NCBI GenBank assembly: GCA_965223265.1
Contig: OZ244999.1
Span: 960,001 to 1,024,000, forward strand
Source of the DNA: Planctomycetota bacterium
GTDB taxonomy: Bacteria; Planctomycetota; UBA8108; SXIK01
Length of the DNA stretch: 64,000 nt
Direction of reading: 5' to 3'
Below, piece after piece: positions 52,666-62,100 of the stretch. How positions within the stretch are numbered: position 1 is the first letter of the stretch; every line of letters begins with the position of its first letter. The notes below the pieces were generated by a model, which saw only the letters and a program-made list of their open reading frames with translations, did not search any database and was not told where the DNA came from. A program made the position numbers and the translations under genes.

Positions 52666-53175
52666 CTAGTTCGTCGCCTCTGCCTGCGCCGGCTTGGGTC
52701 CGACCTGTACTGCAGCGGCGGGGTGCTCGCAGGCCAGTGAGGGTAAAGCAGGCTCATCTTCACCCCCTTCGTCATCGCCCTGCTCGTCGGCGCCAAACCG
52801 CGTCGCGACGAGCGCCGGTGGAGCCGCCAAGACCGGCCCACGCTCGATCTTTCTGAGGACGTAGTTGCGTGCTTGGAACGCTTCGATCAAGAATTCGCAC
52901 GCCTTCTCAGGGGTCGTCGTGTCGCCGCAAGTGAAAGTGTCTGCTGCAGCGTAGCCGAGTTCTGGCCACGTGTGAATGGAGATGTGCGACTCTGCCAGCA
53001 AGGCGATGGCGGTGACACCCTGCGGATGAAACTTGTGTGACACTTCATGAAGCAGCGTAGAGCTCGCCGCCGCGGCAGCCCGCCTGACGGATGCACGCAC
53101 ATGGCGGGCACTGTTGAGGAGCGCCTCGGGGCAATCGAAGAGTTCGAGGATGAAGTGGGATCCGACGTGTGCCAA
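52666..53175 (-). CDS. speD: S-adenosylmethionine decarboxylase proenzyme (class 1B)
   Basis: HKFHPQGVT, LAESHISIHTWPE self-cleavage site and FTCG. Start is TTG at 53175 or 53220. Confidence 0.93.
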   Translation of the reverse strand: MAHVGSHFILELFDCPEALLNSARHVRASVRRAAAAASSTLLHEVSHKFHPQGVTAIALLAESHISIHTWPELGYAAADTFTCGDTTTPEKACEFLIEAFQARNYVLRKIERGPVLAAPPALVATRFGADEQGDDEGGEDEPALPSLACEHPAAAVQVGPKPAQAEATN

Positions 53176-53252
53176 CGGCCCAGCCCCACCATAGCCAGAC
53201 GAGGGGAGTCGGCGCTCCAAGGAGCCGCCACCAGTGACAATAAGGGAATCGG

Positions 53253-53281
53253 TTTATAGGGCAAGTTCGCGTGGGCTGCAA
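53253..53281 (-). promoter_or_regulatory. Putative sigma70-type promoter for speD-speE
   Basis: Minus strand TTGCAG-17 nt-TATAAA. Confidence 0.45.
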
Positions 53282-53529
53282 GACAGAATTGCGCCCGAAT
53301 TCGCAAAAATGCGCACCAAGCGGTTTGACTTCAGGGTTTTCCCGATTTCGATGTTTGCCGTGCCCTATTTCGATCCGGCGCGAACGATGAGTGGGGCGAC
53401 CCGCTGGTCGGGGAAAAGAACGCCCTGGAATCGACACGCGTCGGCACTAAACTGATCCCCTGAGGCGTGTGAGGCATCGGAATCCTCACAGCCCGTTCGA
53501 GTCAGACTCTTTTGAACGTTTCCGGAAGA

Positions 53530-53793
53530 ATGAAGCTCACCGTTCGTACTCTTGCGATGTTCTCTCTCCTCCACCTCGCGGCGTTGTCGTCTGGTTGCAT
53601 GAGTCTCGAGCACCTCTTCGACTCTGGGCAAAAGCTGCAGATGTATGGCGGAGTCAAGTCCAGTGCGCGCTACATCGGTGACGAGGCCTCGCCGGTCCTG
53701 GGGAGCATCTGGCGGGTTCTCGATATGCCGCTGACTGCGGTGTTTGACACGCTGATCCTGCCGGTGTCAGCGCCGGTCGAACTGACGCGATAG
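53530..53793 (+). CDS. YceK/YidQ family lipoprotein
   Basis: Lipobox SSGC; YGGV; LDMPLTAVFDTLILP signature. Confidence 0.85.
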   Translation: MKLTVRTLAMFSLLHLAALSSGCMSLEHLFDSGQKLQMYGGVKSSARYIGDEASPVLGSIWRVLDMPLTAVFDTLILPVSAPVELTR

Positions 53794-53883
53794 TCGGTCG
53801 TTTCGTCGAGTCGGCGCGGTGTGATCGCGGCGTCTCTCCGTGCCGATCTTGTGCAACCGCCGGAGCTTCGTGAGAGGCTGCAG

Positions 53884-53994
53884 TCAGCTGTTGTCGGCCG
53901 TCGACGAGCCCCGCAGCTTCATGTTGAGCATCTCGACGAAGAACGAGAACCCCATGGCGAAGTAGATGTAGCCCTTTGGGATGTGAAGCTCGAG
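53884..53994 (-). pseudogene. 3' remnant of a TerC-family gene
   Basis: Translates as LELHIPKGYIYFAMGFSFFVEMLNMKLRGSSTADNS*, the conserved TerC/YgdQ C-terminus; no room for the 5' part before tRNA-Leu. Confidence 0.8.
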
Positions 53995-54015
53995 GGTTTG
54001 TGGGCGGGCTTGAAA

Positions 54016-54104
54016 TGGTGCCGAGAGAGGGACTCGAACCCTCACCCGCGATAAAGCGGACTAGGACCTGAACCTAGCGCGTCTGCCAATTCCGCCATCT
54101 CGGC
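54016..54104 (-). tRNA. tRNA-Leu(CAG)
   Basis: GCCGAGATGGCGGAATTGGCAGACGCG-CTAGG-TTCAGGT-CCTAG, long variable arm, GGTTCGAGTCC..CTCGGCACCA. Confidence 0.96.
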
Positions 54105-54155
54105 ACAAGAATCAATCAGCGTCCAAAGTCGGGGCGGTTCCGACTGAGAAGGCAG

Positions 54156-54183
54156 AGTGTACGCGCTGACTAGCGGCTGTCAA
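54156..54183 (-). promoter_or_regulatory. Sigma70-type promoter for tRNA-Leu
   Basis: Minus strand TTGACA-16 nt-TACACT. Confidence 0.6.
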
Positions 54184-54366
54184 CTCCTTTGAAATCGCAC
54201 CGACTGAAATCGCACCGACGCTGACGGCGCGGGCCTCCTGCCTTCAAATTCGAACCGATCCAGTCCTCACCTGCGGGGTGGTCGGAGGCGCTGCATCGTC
54301 CAGTCGAGACCAAAAGTCTGGGAACGTCGCTTCCGGCCCACTTTGTTCTCGCTGTAGAATCCCACC

Positions 54367-54846
54367 ATGGCACGCAAGAAGTCCAAAGAGAAGCCGTCGG
54401 GCGAGAAGCAGTTTCGCAATCGCCGTGCGTTCTACGAGTTTCACTTCGACGAGAAGATCGAGTGCGGCATCGTGCTCTCTGGTTCGGAAGTCAAATCGAT
54501 CCGGGCCGGCAAGATCGATCTTGCCGATAGCTATGCACGCATCGTCGACGGCGAAGTGTTTCTCCTCAAGTGCCACATCTCTGAGTACAAGAACGCAACG
54601 CACTTCACTCACGAGCCGGTGCGTCAGCGGAAGTTGCTACTCCACCGTCGCGAGATCACGAAGCTCCAGCGCAAGGTCGACTCGAAGGGGTACACGCTGA
54701 TTCCGCTACGCGTTTACTTCAACCAGCGTGGCCTCGCCAAGGTCGAACTTGGCCTCGGTCGCGGCAAGAAGCTGCACGACAAGAGGGCAGCGCTCAAGGA
54801 CAAGGACTCACAGCGTGAGGTGCGGCGGGAGTTGTCGCGGTACTGA
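54367..54846 (+). CDS. smpB: SsrA-binding protein
   Basis: NRRA..E, GIVLSGSEVKSIR, RKLLLHRREI and GKKLHDKR motifs. Confidence 0.97.
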   Translation: MARKKSKEKPSGEKQFRNRRAFYEFHFDEKIECGIVLSGSEVKSIRAGKIDLADSYARIVDGEVFLLKCHISEYKNATHFTHEPVRQRKLLLHRREITKLQRKVDSKGYTLIPLRVYFNQRGLAKVELGLGRGKKLHDKRAALKDKDSQREVRRELSRY

Positions 54847-54979
54847 GCGCGGCGTTGATGCTGGTTTCGCCGAGTCGTGCACTTCGTCGAACGCCCGACG
54901 ACTCGGTGTTGAGCACGACGTGCCGCGCCCTTGAAGCGTCCCGCGTCGAGTCTTTTTCTCGCGCTGAGACTCGCTCCCA

Positions 54980-56476
54980 CTACGCCAGAATGTCGTGAAT
55001 CACCTCGGCGTCTTCCACCCCCGTCAAGCGACGATCGAAACCGCTGTTGAAGTAGGTCAGTCGCGTGTGGTCAAGCCCCATGAGGTGGAGGATCGTGGCG
55101 TGGAGGTCGCGGACGTGCCGGCGGTCGACCGCAGCTTCGAATCCGAGTGGGTCGGTCTCGCCGTAACTCGTACCGCCTTTGATGCCGCCGCCAGCGAGCC
55201 AGTAGGTGAAGCCCTTGGGGTTGTGATCGCGGCCGACACCGCCGTTTTGTGAGACAGGCTGGCGTCCGAACTCACCGCCCCAGACGACAAGGGTTTCGTC
55301 GAGGAGACCGCGCTGCTTGAGGTCGCTCAGCAGTCCAGCGATCGGCCGATCCACTTCCGGACCGTGGATCTTGAGGTTTTCCTCCGCACCCATGTGTGCG
55401 TCCCAGTTCTGATGCTGTGTGCCGCCGCCGTGATAGAGCTGGACGAAACGAACGCCGCGTTCGACGAGACGGCGCGCCGTCAGGCACTGCTCACCGAATG
55501 GGCGTGGTCCCTGGCTGAGCGGATGCTTCGGCGGTGGGTCGTAGAAACCATAGAGCTCCTTGGTCCGTCGACTCTCCCGCGAGAGATCGAGCGCCTCGGG
55601 CGCCGCACTCTGCAAGCGATATGCGAGCTCGTAGCTGGCGACGCGCGCTTCGAGTTCGGAGTAGCCGGGCACGCGCTGGCGGTACGCTTGATTGAGCTCG
55701 TTGATGGTGCGGATGCGGTCGCGCTGGATAGCAGCCGGAACGTTTCCGGCGGGATTCAGATTCAGGATCGGCTCGCCGCGTGTGCGCAGCACGGTGCCTT
55801 GGTAGGCAGCCGGCATGTAGGCGCTGCCCCAACCGTTGGAGCCGGTGACGGGACCGCCGCGTCGGTCGACCATGACGACGAACGCTGGGAGTTCGTTCGT
55901 GGCGCTGCCAAGACCGTACGTCAGCCAAGCTCCGAGCGACGGGTGGCCCTGCAGCGTCTGGCCGGAATTCATCTGCAGCAGAGCCGAGCCGTGGATGAAC
56001 GAGTCTGCGTAGAGCGATTTCACGACCGCGAGTTCGTCCATGTGCTTCGAGACGTGCGGGAAGACGTCTGAGCACCAAAGTCCTGACTCGCCGCAGCGCT
56101 CGAACGCGCGCTGTGAACCGAGCAGTTTCTTCTTTTGGAAGTTCTGTTGGCGTAGTTCGACCTCCGCCGTCTTGCCGTCGTACTTTTGCAGCTCTGGCTT
56201 GAAGTCGAACGTGTCAACCTGGGACGGTCCCCCGTACATGAACAGGAAGATGCAGCTTTTCGCCTTCGGGGCGAAGTGCGGTTCTTTCTCGGCGAGCGGG
56301 TTACGAAAGCCTTCCGGCGTGGAGGCGCGCGCTGCGTCAGTGAGGGGGAGGTCTTGCGCGAAGAATCGGTCTTTCTCGAGCAGCGACAGCAGAGCAAGGC
56401 CGGTGAAACCAGCTCCGGTCTCCCAGAGGAACTCGCGCCGCGTGCGGCCGCAAAACTGTGAAGCGGGGCGTTGCAT
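54980..56476 (-). CDS. DUF1501 domain protein with Tat signal
   Basis: TRREFL, MYGGPSQVDTFD, ARRLVERGVRFV, WDAH and GEFGR motifs. Confidence 0.92.
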   Translation of the reverse strand: MQRPASQFCGRTRREFLWETGAGFTGLALLSLLEKDRFFAQDLPLTDAARASTPEGFRNPLAEKEPHFAPKAKSCIFLFMYGGPSQVDTFDFKPELQKYDGKTAEVELRQQNFQKKKLLGSQRAFERCGESGLWCSDVFPHVSKHMDELAVVKSLYADSFIHGSALLQMNSGQTLQGHPSLGAWLTYGLGSATNELPAFVVMVDRRGGPVTGSNGWGSAYMPAAYQGTVLRTRGEPILNLNPAGNVPAAIQRDRIRTINELNQAYRQRVPGYSELEARVASYELAYRLQSAAPEALDLSRESRRTKELYGFYDPPPKHPLSQGPRPFGEQCLTARRLVERGVRFVQLYHGGGTQHQNWDAHMGAEENLKIHGPEVDRPIAGLLSDLKQRGLLDETLVVWGGEFGRQPVSQNGGVGRDHNPKGFTYWLAGGGIKGGTSYGETDPLGFEAAVDRRHVRDLHATILHLMGLDHTRLTYFNSGFDRRLTGVEDAEVIHDILA

Positions 56477-56488
56477 AGTGCTTTGAGT

Positions 56489-59400
56489 CTACTCGATGTA
56501 GATGAATTCGCTCAAGTTGACGAGGACGAGGCAGAGCGACCCCAGAGCGCTGCGGCGGGCCCAGTTCGCCACGTCCCGGCGCTCCGGCGCCTCAATGCGC
56601 ACGGTTTCACCGGCGGGGCTGCGTAGGGCCGCATCCTTAAGTGTTGCTGCTGCGCCCACGGCGCGCACGCCGAACGCAGCCGTTCTGTTGATTAGCTGAA
56701 GACCCTTCAAATCCAGGATCGGGGCGTCGGCGTCCGTCTCAGTTGCCCCAAGCCAGAAGCTCAGACGGTTGCCATCGATTCGCAGTCGGAACGGGATGTC
56801 GACCCCCGCGTTCATCTCGACGGCACCGCTCGCCACGGTCGTCGTCTTCTCCACAGTGTGGTGCCTTAACTCGACACGCGACTCCCCCGGGAGCAAGCAA
56901 ACCTCGTAGCCGCGAAGGAGATCGATCGCCTGTCTCCCCGCCGTTCGTTCTCGATGCACGATCGTGCTGCCGGCGATCAGACCGGCGAGGGTCGTGTTGG
57001 CATCGAGTCGGAGCGCACCACTCACGTCACCGCGCTCGAACGTCTTGCCGTCCCAGAGCGCGAACGGTCCACGCCCGTCGACGACAATCTCCGTGGCGTA
57101 CCATGGGCGCCAGTCGCCGCGGCCGTAGCGCCAAGCGGTGCGCGGGCCGGAGAGCAGATGGTGCGCCGAGAGCTTCGCGAAGAGCGCGGTGGCGAGACTG
57201 TCGGGGACGAGCGGTTCAAAAGTCAACTCGCCTGCGATCGCTTTGTAATGCACTTCCTGTCGCTTGAGAAAGTTCTTGGCGGTTTCGATCTCGGCGGCGC
57301 GCGGGGAGCGCGACAGAGTCAACGCGTACGCGCGTTCAATCTGTGCGGTCGCATCACTTCCGGCGTCTCTTTCAAGCCGGGCAGCGAACGCTTCGGCTTG
57401 ACGCCGAGTGAAGCGGCTGTTGAGCAGCAACAGCGCCTGCGGCGCCACAGTCGTGACTGAGCGGGAGCCCATCGCGGCGACGCTCGGTGTGTAGTCGAAG
57501 CTTTCGAAGAAAGGCGGATGGAGTCCGCGCTTGAGAAAGACGTACAGCGATCGTCGCGCGATTTCGCTCTCGGTGGAGACTTCCCAGCCTCTTCCGGGAA
57601 CGGGCTCGCCGGCCAGGACGCTCCGGTCGAGAAACGGGAATGAACCGCGTCCGCGCATCTTCGAGTTGAGCTCTCCCGAGACTGCGAGGATGGCGTCGCG
57701 AATCCCTTCCGCTTCCAAGCGCCGGAAGTTTTGCCGCCAAAGAAGTCGGTTCGACGGATCGACATGGGCAGCAGCCGGCGCCGTCGCTCGCTGCTGCGTC
57801 GACGCGGCAGTGTCGGTCGCAACCTGGGACGAACTCCGCTGGTAAGTGCGCGAAAGCAGGATCAAGCGATGAATGTGCTTGAGACTCCATCCCGACGCGA
57901 CGAGCTCGCTGGCAAGCCAATCCAGGAGGCGAGGATGCGTCGGGCGTTCTCCCAGTCGACCGAAGTCGTCCGGCGTCGCGACAATGCCGCGGCCGAAGTG
58001 GTGGCGCCAAAGACGATTGACGATGACCCGTGCGGTCAGCGGGTTACTCGGTGCCGCGATCCAGTCTGCGAGAGCCCGTCGACGTCCAGTGCTGGAGGCT
58101 GTCGCCCTCGCTGTGGGCAGGCCGGGTGTCGCCTGCGGCGTCAAAACTTCGAGGAAGCGCGGGTCGACGCGCTCTGCGGGCGACTCCGGACTGCCGCGTG
58201 TGAGTACGTGCGTCGTGCGAGGGCGTGCGCCGCGCTCGCGGACCGCGAGAACCCAATCGAACGGGGCTTCCTGGGCGCGCGCTGCTTCCACGTCGGCTTC
58301 CAAGCGTGATTTCTCCATGCGGCCGTCGACGTCGAGAGCGGCGACGATATCCTCGTCCTTCGGCTGCGCGCGTTTGAGCGCGTCGCGCGCGAGCAGAGAT
58401 TGCTCGGAGTCGCGTTCGTTTTTGGGAATGGCGTACGCTTCTCGCAGTTTCGCTGGCAGTGCGGCGAGGCGCTCTTCAAAGAGTCGTTCGCGCACAGGTT
58501 TGATGAACTCCTGCAGTTTCTTTTCCGCACCCTGCAAGCGTTCGCGGTGTTGTTCTGACCACTTCGCCGCCGTTTCTTTGTCCGTGAGTGGGACAAGGAC
58601 CGAGTCTTCGGGGGAATACTTCGGCTCCGCGTAGGGACGCATGTTGTGAAAGAATGCTAGCGTTCTGTAGTAATCGCGCTGTGAGATCGGATCGGAGCGG
58701 TGATCGTGGCAGCGGGCACAGGCAACTGTCAGTCCCAGAAACGCCGTCGAGGTCGTCTCGATGACGTCATGTAGCTCGTCGTAGTGCGCCAGGCGTTTGT
58801 CGTCGGCAGACATCTCCCACACGCCGAGGCGATAGTAACCAGTCGCGATCAACGACTCGTCGCTGACGCTTTCGAGCTCGTCCCCTGCCAGCTGCTCGCG
58901 CACAAACAGATCGTACGGCTTGTCGCTGTTCCAGCTGTCGACGACGTAGTCTCGATAGCGCCACGCGAACGGTTTTTCACCATCGAATTCGTAGCCGTCG
59001 CTCTGCGCGTAGCGTACGAGATCAAGCCAGTGACGTCCCCAGCGCTCGCCATAACGTGGACTGGCGAGAAGGCGATCGACGACCTTTTCATAGGCGTTGG
59101 GTGAGGCGTCGGCAAGAAACGCCGCCACGTCCCTCGGTCGCGGCGGCAGTCCAGTCAGGTCGAAGGTCAGGCGGCGCATCAAGGTGCGACGATCCGCGGT
59201 TGGCTGCGGCGTGATCTTCTCAGCTTTGAGTCGCGCCAAAACAAACGCATCGATCGCACCGCTGCGGCGGTCACTCCCTTGGGCGTGTGGTGGCTGAGGG
59301 CGGGTGATCGGTCGAAACGCCCAATAGTCGCGATCGGCTGCGGTGATTTGAAGCGTCGCTGCTTCGTCCGGCGGTGGAGTCGAGCTTTGCGGCCACGGCG

Positions 59401-59788
59401 CTCCCATTCGGATCCAACGCTCCAGCGCGTCGACGTGCCGCGCATCGATTGTCTTCTTCGGCGGCATCTTGATGCCCTGCGTTCGCCGCACCGCCTTCAG
59501 GAGAAGACTCTCCTCGGGGTGAAACGGCACAATCGCAGGTCCACGATAGCCGCCAAGCAAAAGCGCGGTGCGTGAGTCGACGCGCAGGCTATTGCGTTGA
59601 CGTTCTTGGCCATGGCAGCCGTAGCAGTTTTCCGCCAGGAGGGGCCGGATGCGGTTTTCGAAGAAGGCCGATTGCTCGCGCGTCGGCGGCGGACGGTCAT
59701 CGCTGGCACGTGTCGCCGGAGCCGCGAGAACCGCGGTCAGAATCGTGATCGTGAGTGTCAGAAGGCGCGTGACAACGTCGGAGCACAT
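56489..59788 (-). CDS. Planctomycete cytochrome C plus PSD1 (DUF1549/DUF1553) protein
   Basis: CYGCH, YGERWGRHWLD, ACARCHDH, NPLTARVIVNRLW, PTHPRLLDWLA and C-terminal NLSEFIYIE. Confidence 0.93.
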   Translation of the reverse strand: MCSDVVTRLLTLTITILTAVLAAPATRASDDRPPPTREQSAFFENRIRPLLAENCYGCHGQERQRNSLRVDSRTALLLGGYRGPAIVPFHPEESLLLKAVRRTQGIKMPPKKTIDARHVDALERWIRMGAPWPQSSTPPPDEAATLQITAADRDYWAFRPITRPQPPHAQGSDRRSGAIDAFVLARLKAEKITPQPTADRRTLMRRLTFDLTGLPPRPRDVAAFLADASPNAYEKVVDRLLASPRYGERWGRHWLDLVRYAQSDGYEFDGEKPFAWRYRDYVVDSWNSDKPYDLFVREQLAGDELESVSDESLIATGYYRLGVWEMSADDKRLAHYDELHDVIETTSTAFLGLTVACARCHDHRSDPISQRDYYRTLAFFHNMRPYAEPKYSPEDSVLVPLTDKETAAKWSEQHRERLQGAEKKLQEFIKPVRERLFEERLAALPAKLREAYAIPKNERDSEQSLLARDALKRAQPKDEDIVAALDVDGRMEKSRLEADVEAARAQEAPFDWVLAVRERGARPRTTHVLTRGSPESPAERVDPRFLEVLTPQATPGLPTARATASSTGRRRALADWIAAPSNPLTARVIVNRLWRHHFGRGIVATPDDFGRLGERPTHPRLLDWLASELVASGWSLKHIHRLILLSRTYQRSSSQVATDTAASTQQRATAPAAAHVDPSNRLLWRQNFRRLEAEGIRDAILAVSGELNSKMRGRGSFPFLDRSVLAGEPVPGRGWEVSTESEIARRSLYVFLKRGLHPPFFESFDYTPSVAAMGSRSVTTVAPQALLLLNSRFTRRQAEAFAARLERDAGSDATAQIERAYALTLSRSPRAAEIETAKNFLKRQEVHYKAIAGELTFEPLVPDSLATALFAKLSAHHLLSGPRTAWRYGRGDWRPWYATEIVVDGRGPFALWDGKTFERGDVSGALRLDANTTLAGLIAGSTIVHRERTAGRQAIDLLRGYEVCLLPGESRVELRHHTVEKTTTVASGAVEMNAGVDIPFRLRIDGNRLSFWLGATETDADAPILDLKGLQLINRTAAFGVRAVGAAATLKDAALRSPAGETVRIEAPERRDVANWARRSALGSLCLVLVNLSEFIYIE

Positions 59789-59885
59789 AGGACGATCAGC
59801 CGAGAAATGAGGGGCGCGTGAAACTCAGTCCAGTCCTTCATCCATTAGAGTCGGTCGCAGCTCTGCGCGCAAGTTGCTGCCGGGC

Positions 59886-61232
59886 TCAGAACTCGCGCGA
59901 CAGTCGCACCAGAACTTCGTGGCCGCCGTACTTGCCGTCGCGAATCACACCGCTGTTGAACGCGTATCCGACTTGCAAGCGCGTCTGCCAAAAGAACCCT
60001 GTCGTTACTCGCGGGCCAACCGCGAAAAGAATATCGTCCTGGCGCTTGATACCGCTGCTGCGCAAGCGTTCACGATCGACGTAGGCAACGGAGGCCCGCA
60101 AGCCGAGCATCGAAATCGGCAGAATTTGAAATCGGTACTCGCCCGTCAGGACCGCGTAGTTCGACGTGATGAACTCGTCGATGAGGGCGCCGGGGATGAC
60201 CGTTCGCGAGATAGCATCGAATTCACTTTCGTCGGGACCACCTCCAACTCGAAAGCCACTGAAACGGTCGAGGTCAAATCCAGTGCCGCCGTGCAGCGAC
60301 GCGACGAGGCGGTGAGCTTCACTCTCGACCCAAGGAACACCCGCGGCGCCGACGAGATAGCCAGAGAACGCTCCGAACTCTTTGGTCTCGCCACCGGGTT
60401 CGCGGCGGTCGCGTCCCCAGCTGTTCCAGCGGACGCGGTAGCCAATGATGCCGTCGGCGCCGAGGGCGAATCCCGCATGCGGTAGCTCGAGGAAATTGCG
60501 CTCGAGCTTGTCGAGCCGCATCGTGAGGCGGAGCGTCTCGTCGAACGTGTCCAGCGGATCGTCGAAGTCTGTGGCGGCGTCGCCTCCCGTGCTGTCGAAG
60601 TAGAGAAAGCCGCGTTCCTGAATGATCGCAACGCTGAACATGTTGTCGCTGTTTCCGGGTTCATCCAGTTGGACGCGATAGCCGACGCCAAGTCCCAAGT
60701 TGATGTTTCCCCAGAGAAGCTCTTCGTTGTCGATCCGCTCGCCATCGACGAATGTGGCTTCCTCGACTGGGAGCGTGAAGGTGCGGAGCGTCAGGACGAC
60801 TTCGAAAGGGCTGCCGCGCGGCGACCTGGCGTAGAGTGCGTCGTTCCAGATTCCCAACATCGTGGCGCGCATGAATTCGTCGTCATTCGGGCGTTTCCAG
60901 AAGTAGAGGACGCCGTACGGGAGGACTTCGGCTTCCGTCACACCCGGCGCCACCGTGCTGGCACCGATGTCCAGCGCCAATCGTCTGCGGCGGTCGCGCG
61001 GCGCGACGTGGATCGGGCGTCCAAAAAGCTCGGTGCGGAATCCTTCGCCGGCGCGCGGCGTGCGCACCCCTTGCAGGCCGAGGTCGAGATGCGAACCTTG
61101 GTCTGAGGCTGCCGCGGGCAGAACGTGTTTGCCCGGTGGCGGATCTGTCTGAGTCTCGGGCGCCGCAACGATGACACGCGATGCAAAGACGAGCCACACG
61201 AGACAACCGGCTGCTCGGAAGATGATCTTCAC
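59886..61232 (-). CDS. Putative outer-membrane beta-barrel protein
   Basis: Signal peptide, amphipathic beta strands and C-terminal Phe (VLVRLSREF). Likely GTG start at 61232. Confidence 0.7.
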   Translation of the reverse strand: MKIIFRAAGCLVWLVFASRVIVAAPETQTDPPPGKHVLPAAASDQGSHLDLGLQGVRTPRAGEGFRTELFGRPIHVAPRDRRRRLALDIGASTVAPGVTEAEVLPYGVLYFWKRPNDDEFMRATMLGIWNDALYARSPRGSPFEVVLTLRTFTLPVEEATFVDGERIDNEELLWGNINLGLGVGYRVQLDEPGNSDNMFSVAIIQERGFLYFDSTGGDAATDFDDPLDTFDETLRLTMRLDKLERNFLELPHAGFALGADGIIGYRVRWNSWGRDRREPGGETKEFGAFSGYLVGAAGVPWVESEAHRLVASLHGGTGFDLDRFSGFRVGGGPDESEFDAISRTVIPGALIDEFITSNYAVLTGEYRFQILPISMLGLRASVAYVDRERLRSSGIKRQDDILFAVGPRVTTGFFWQTRLQVGYAFNSGVIRDGKYGGHEVLVRLSREF

Positions 61233-61254
61233 ACCGGGTGGATGGCGCAGCTGG

Positions 61255-61773
61255 TTACGAGAGGAGCTTCGGATCGCGGAGCGTCTCCAGCATATCCGAC
61301 GTGCTGTGGTCTTTAGGATCGCCAACGATCGCTACCTGTCCGCCGTAGGCTTCGACAACGGTGCGTTCGGGGATATCCTCGAGGCGATAGTCTGTGCCCT
61401 TGGTGTGAAAGTCAGGGCGCAGGAGATCGAGGAGTTCAGCGGGCGTGCGTTCGCGAAGCGGAACAACGAAATCGACCATCTCGAGGGCCGCCAAGATTTC
61501 GAACCGTTCCGCGTCGGGGTTGACGGGTTTGCGATCAGGCTTGATGACTTTCATCGAGGCGTCCGTATTGACCCCCAAAACCAGGACGTCGCCAAGCGCC
61601 TTCGCCGCCGCAAGGTATCGTATGTGACCGACGTGGAGTAGCTCGAAACAACCGTTCGCGAACACGACCTTGGCGCCACCGCGGCGCAGTTCATCAAGGC
61701 GATCGCGGAGCTTCTCAGGGTCGAGGAAGATCTTCTTAGCGCAAGTGTCTGCGATCGCTCGGTGGAGTTTCAT
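61255..61773 (-). CDS. rfaE2: D-glycero-beta-D-manno-heptose 1-phosphate adenylyltransferase (RfaE domain II-like)
   Basis: [24 protein letters not shown] and HSTS motifs. Confidence 0.85.
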   Translation of the reverse strand: MKLHRAIADTCAKKIFLDPEKLRDRLDELRRGGAKVVFANGCFELLHVGHIRYLAAAKALGDVLVLGVNTDASMKVIKPDRKPVNPDAERFEILAALEMVDFVVPLRERTPAELLDLLRPDFHTKGTDYRLEDIPERTVVEAYGGQVAIVGDPKDHSTSDMLETLRDPKLLS

Positions 61774-61818
61774 CCATCGCCTCAAAAGGGGATTTAACCG
61801 CCGCCCTCAAGATGGCGG

Positions 61819-61847
61819 ATTGTAAGGAGCGTTCGGAGGGGTGTCAA
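61819..61847 (-). promoter_or_regulatory. Sigma70-type promoter
   Basis: Minus strand TTGACA-17 nt-TACAAT. Confidence 0.7.
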
Positions 61848-62100
61848 TGACAGCTTGTCTGTAGGCGCTCGCCAGCCTGTCGCGCCAAAACGGGTTTTTC
61901 AGCGTTAGGGAAGATGGAAGATGGCCGCAAGTTCTTCGCCCGTCGAAGTGTGTTTCGCCGCAGCGAGAAGAAAAACACTTTCCTCTCCGTGTCGCCTCGG
62001 TGCTAATCTGAAGGTAGGGTCTGGAGTTTGAGCTGCGGCGCCCCGCAAGAGACTCGGCGTTCGCAGCGTGCCAATTCTGCAGCTATTGATAGGTGCTGAT

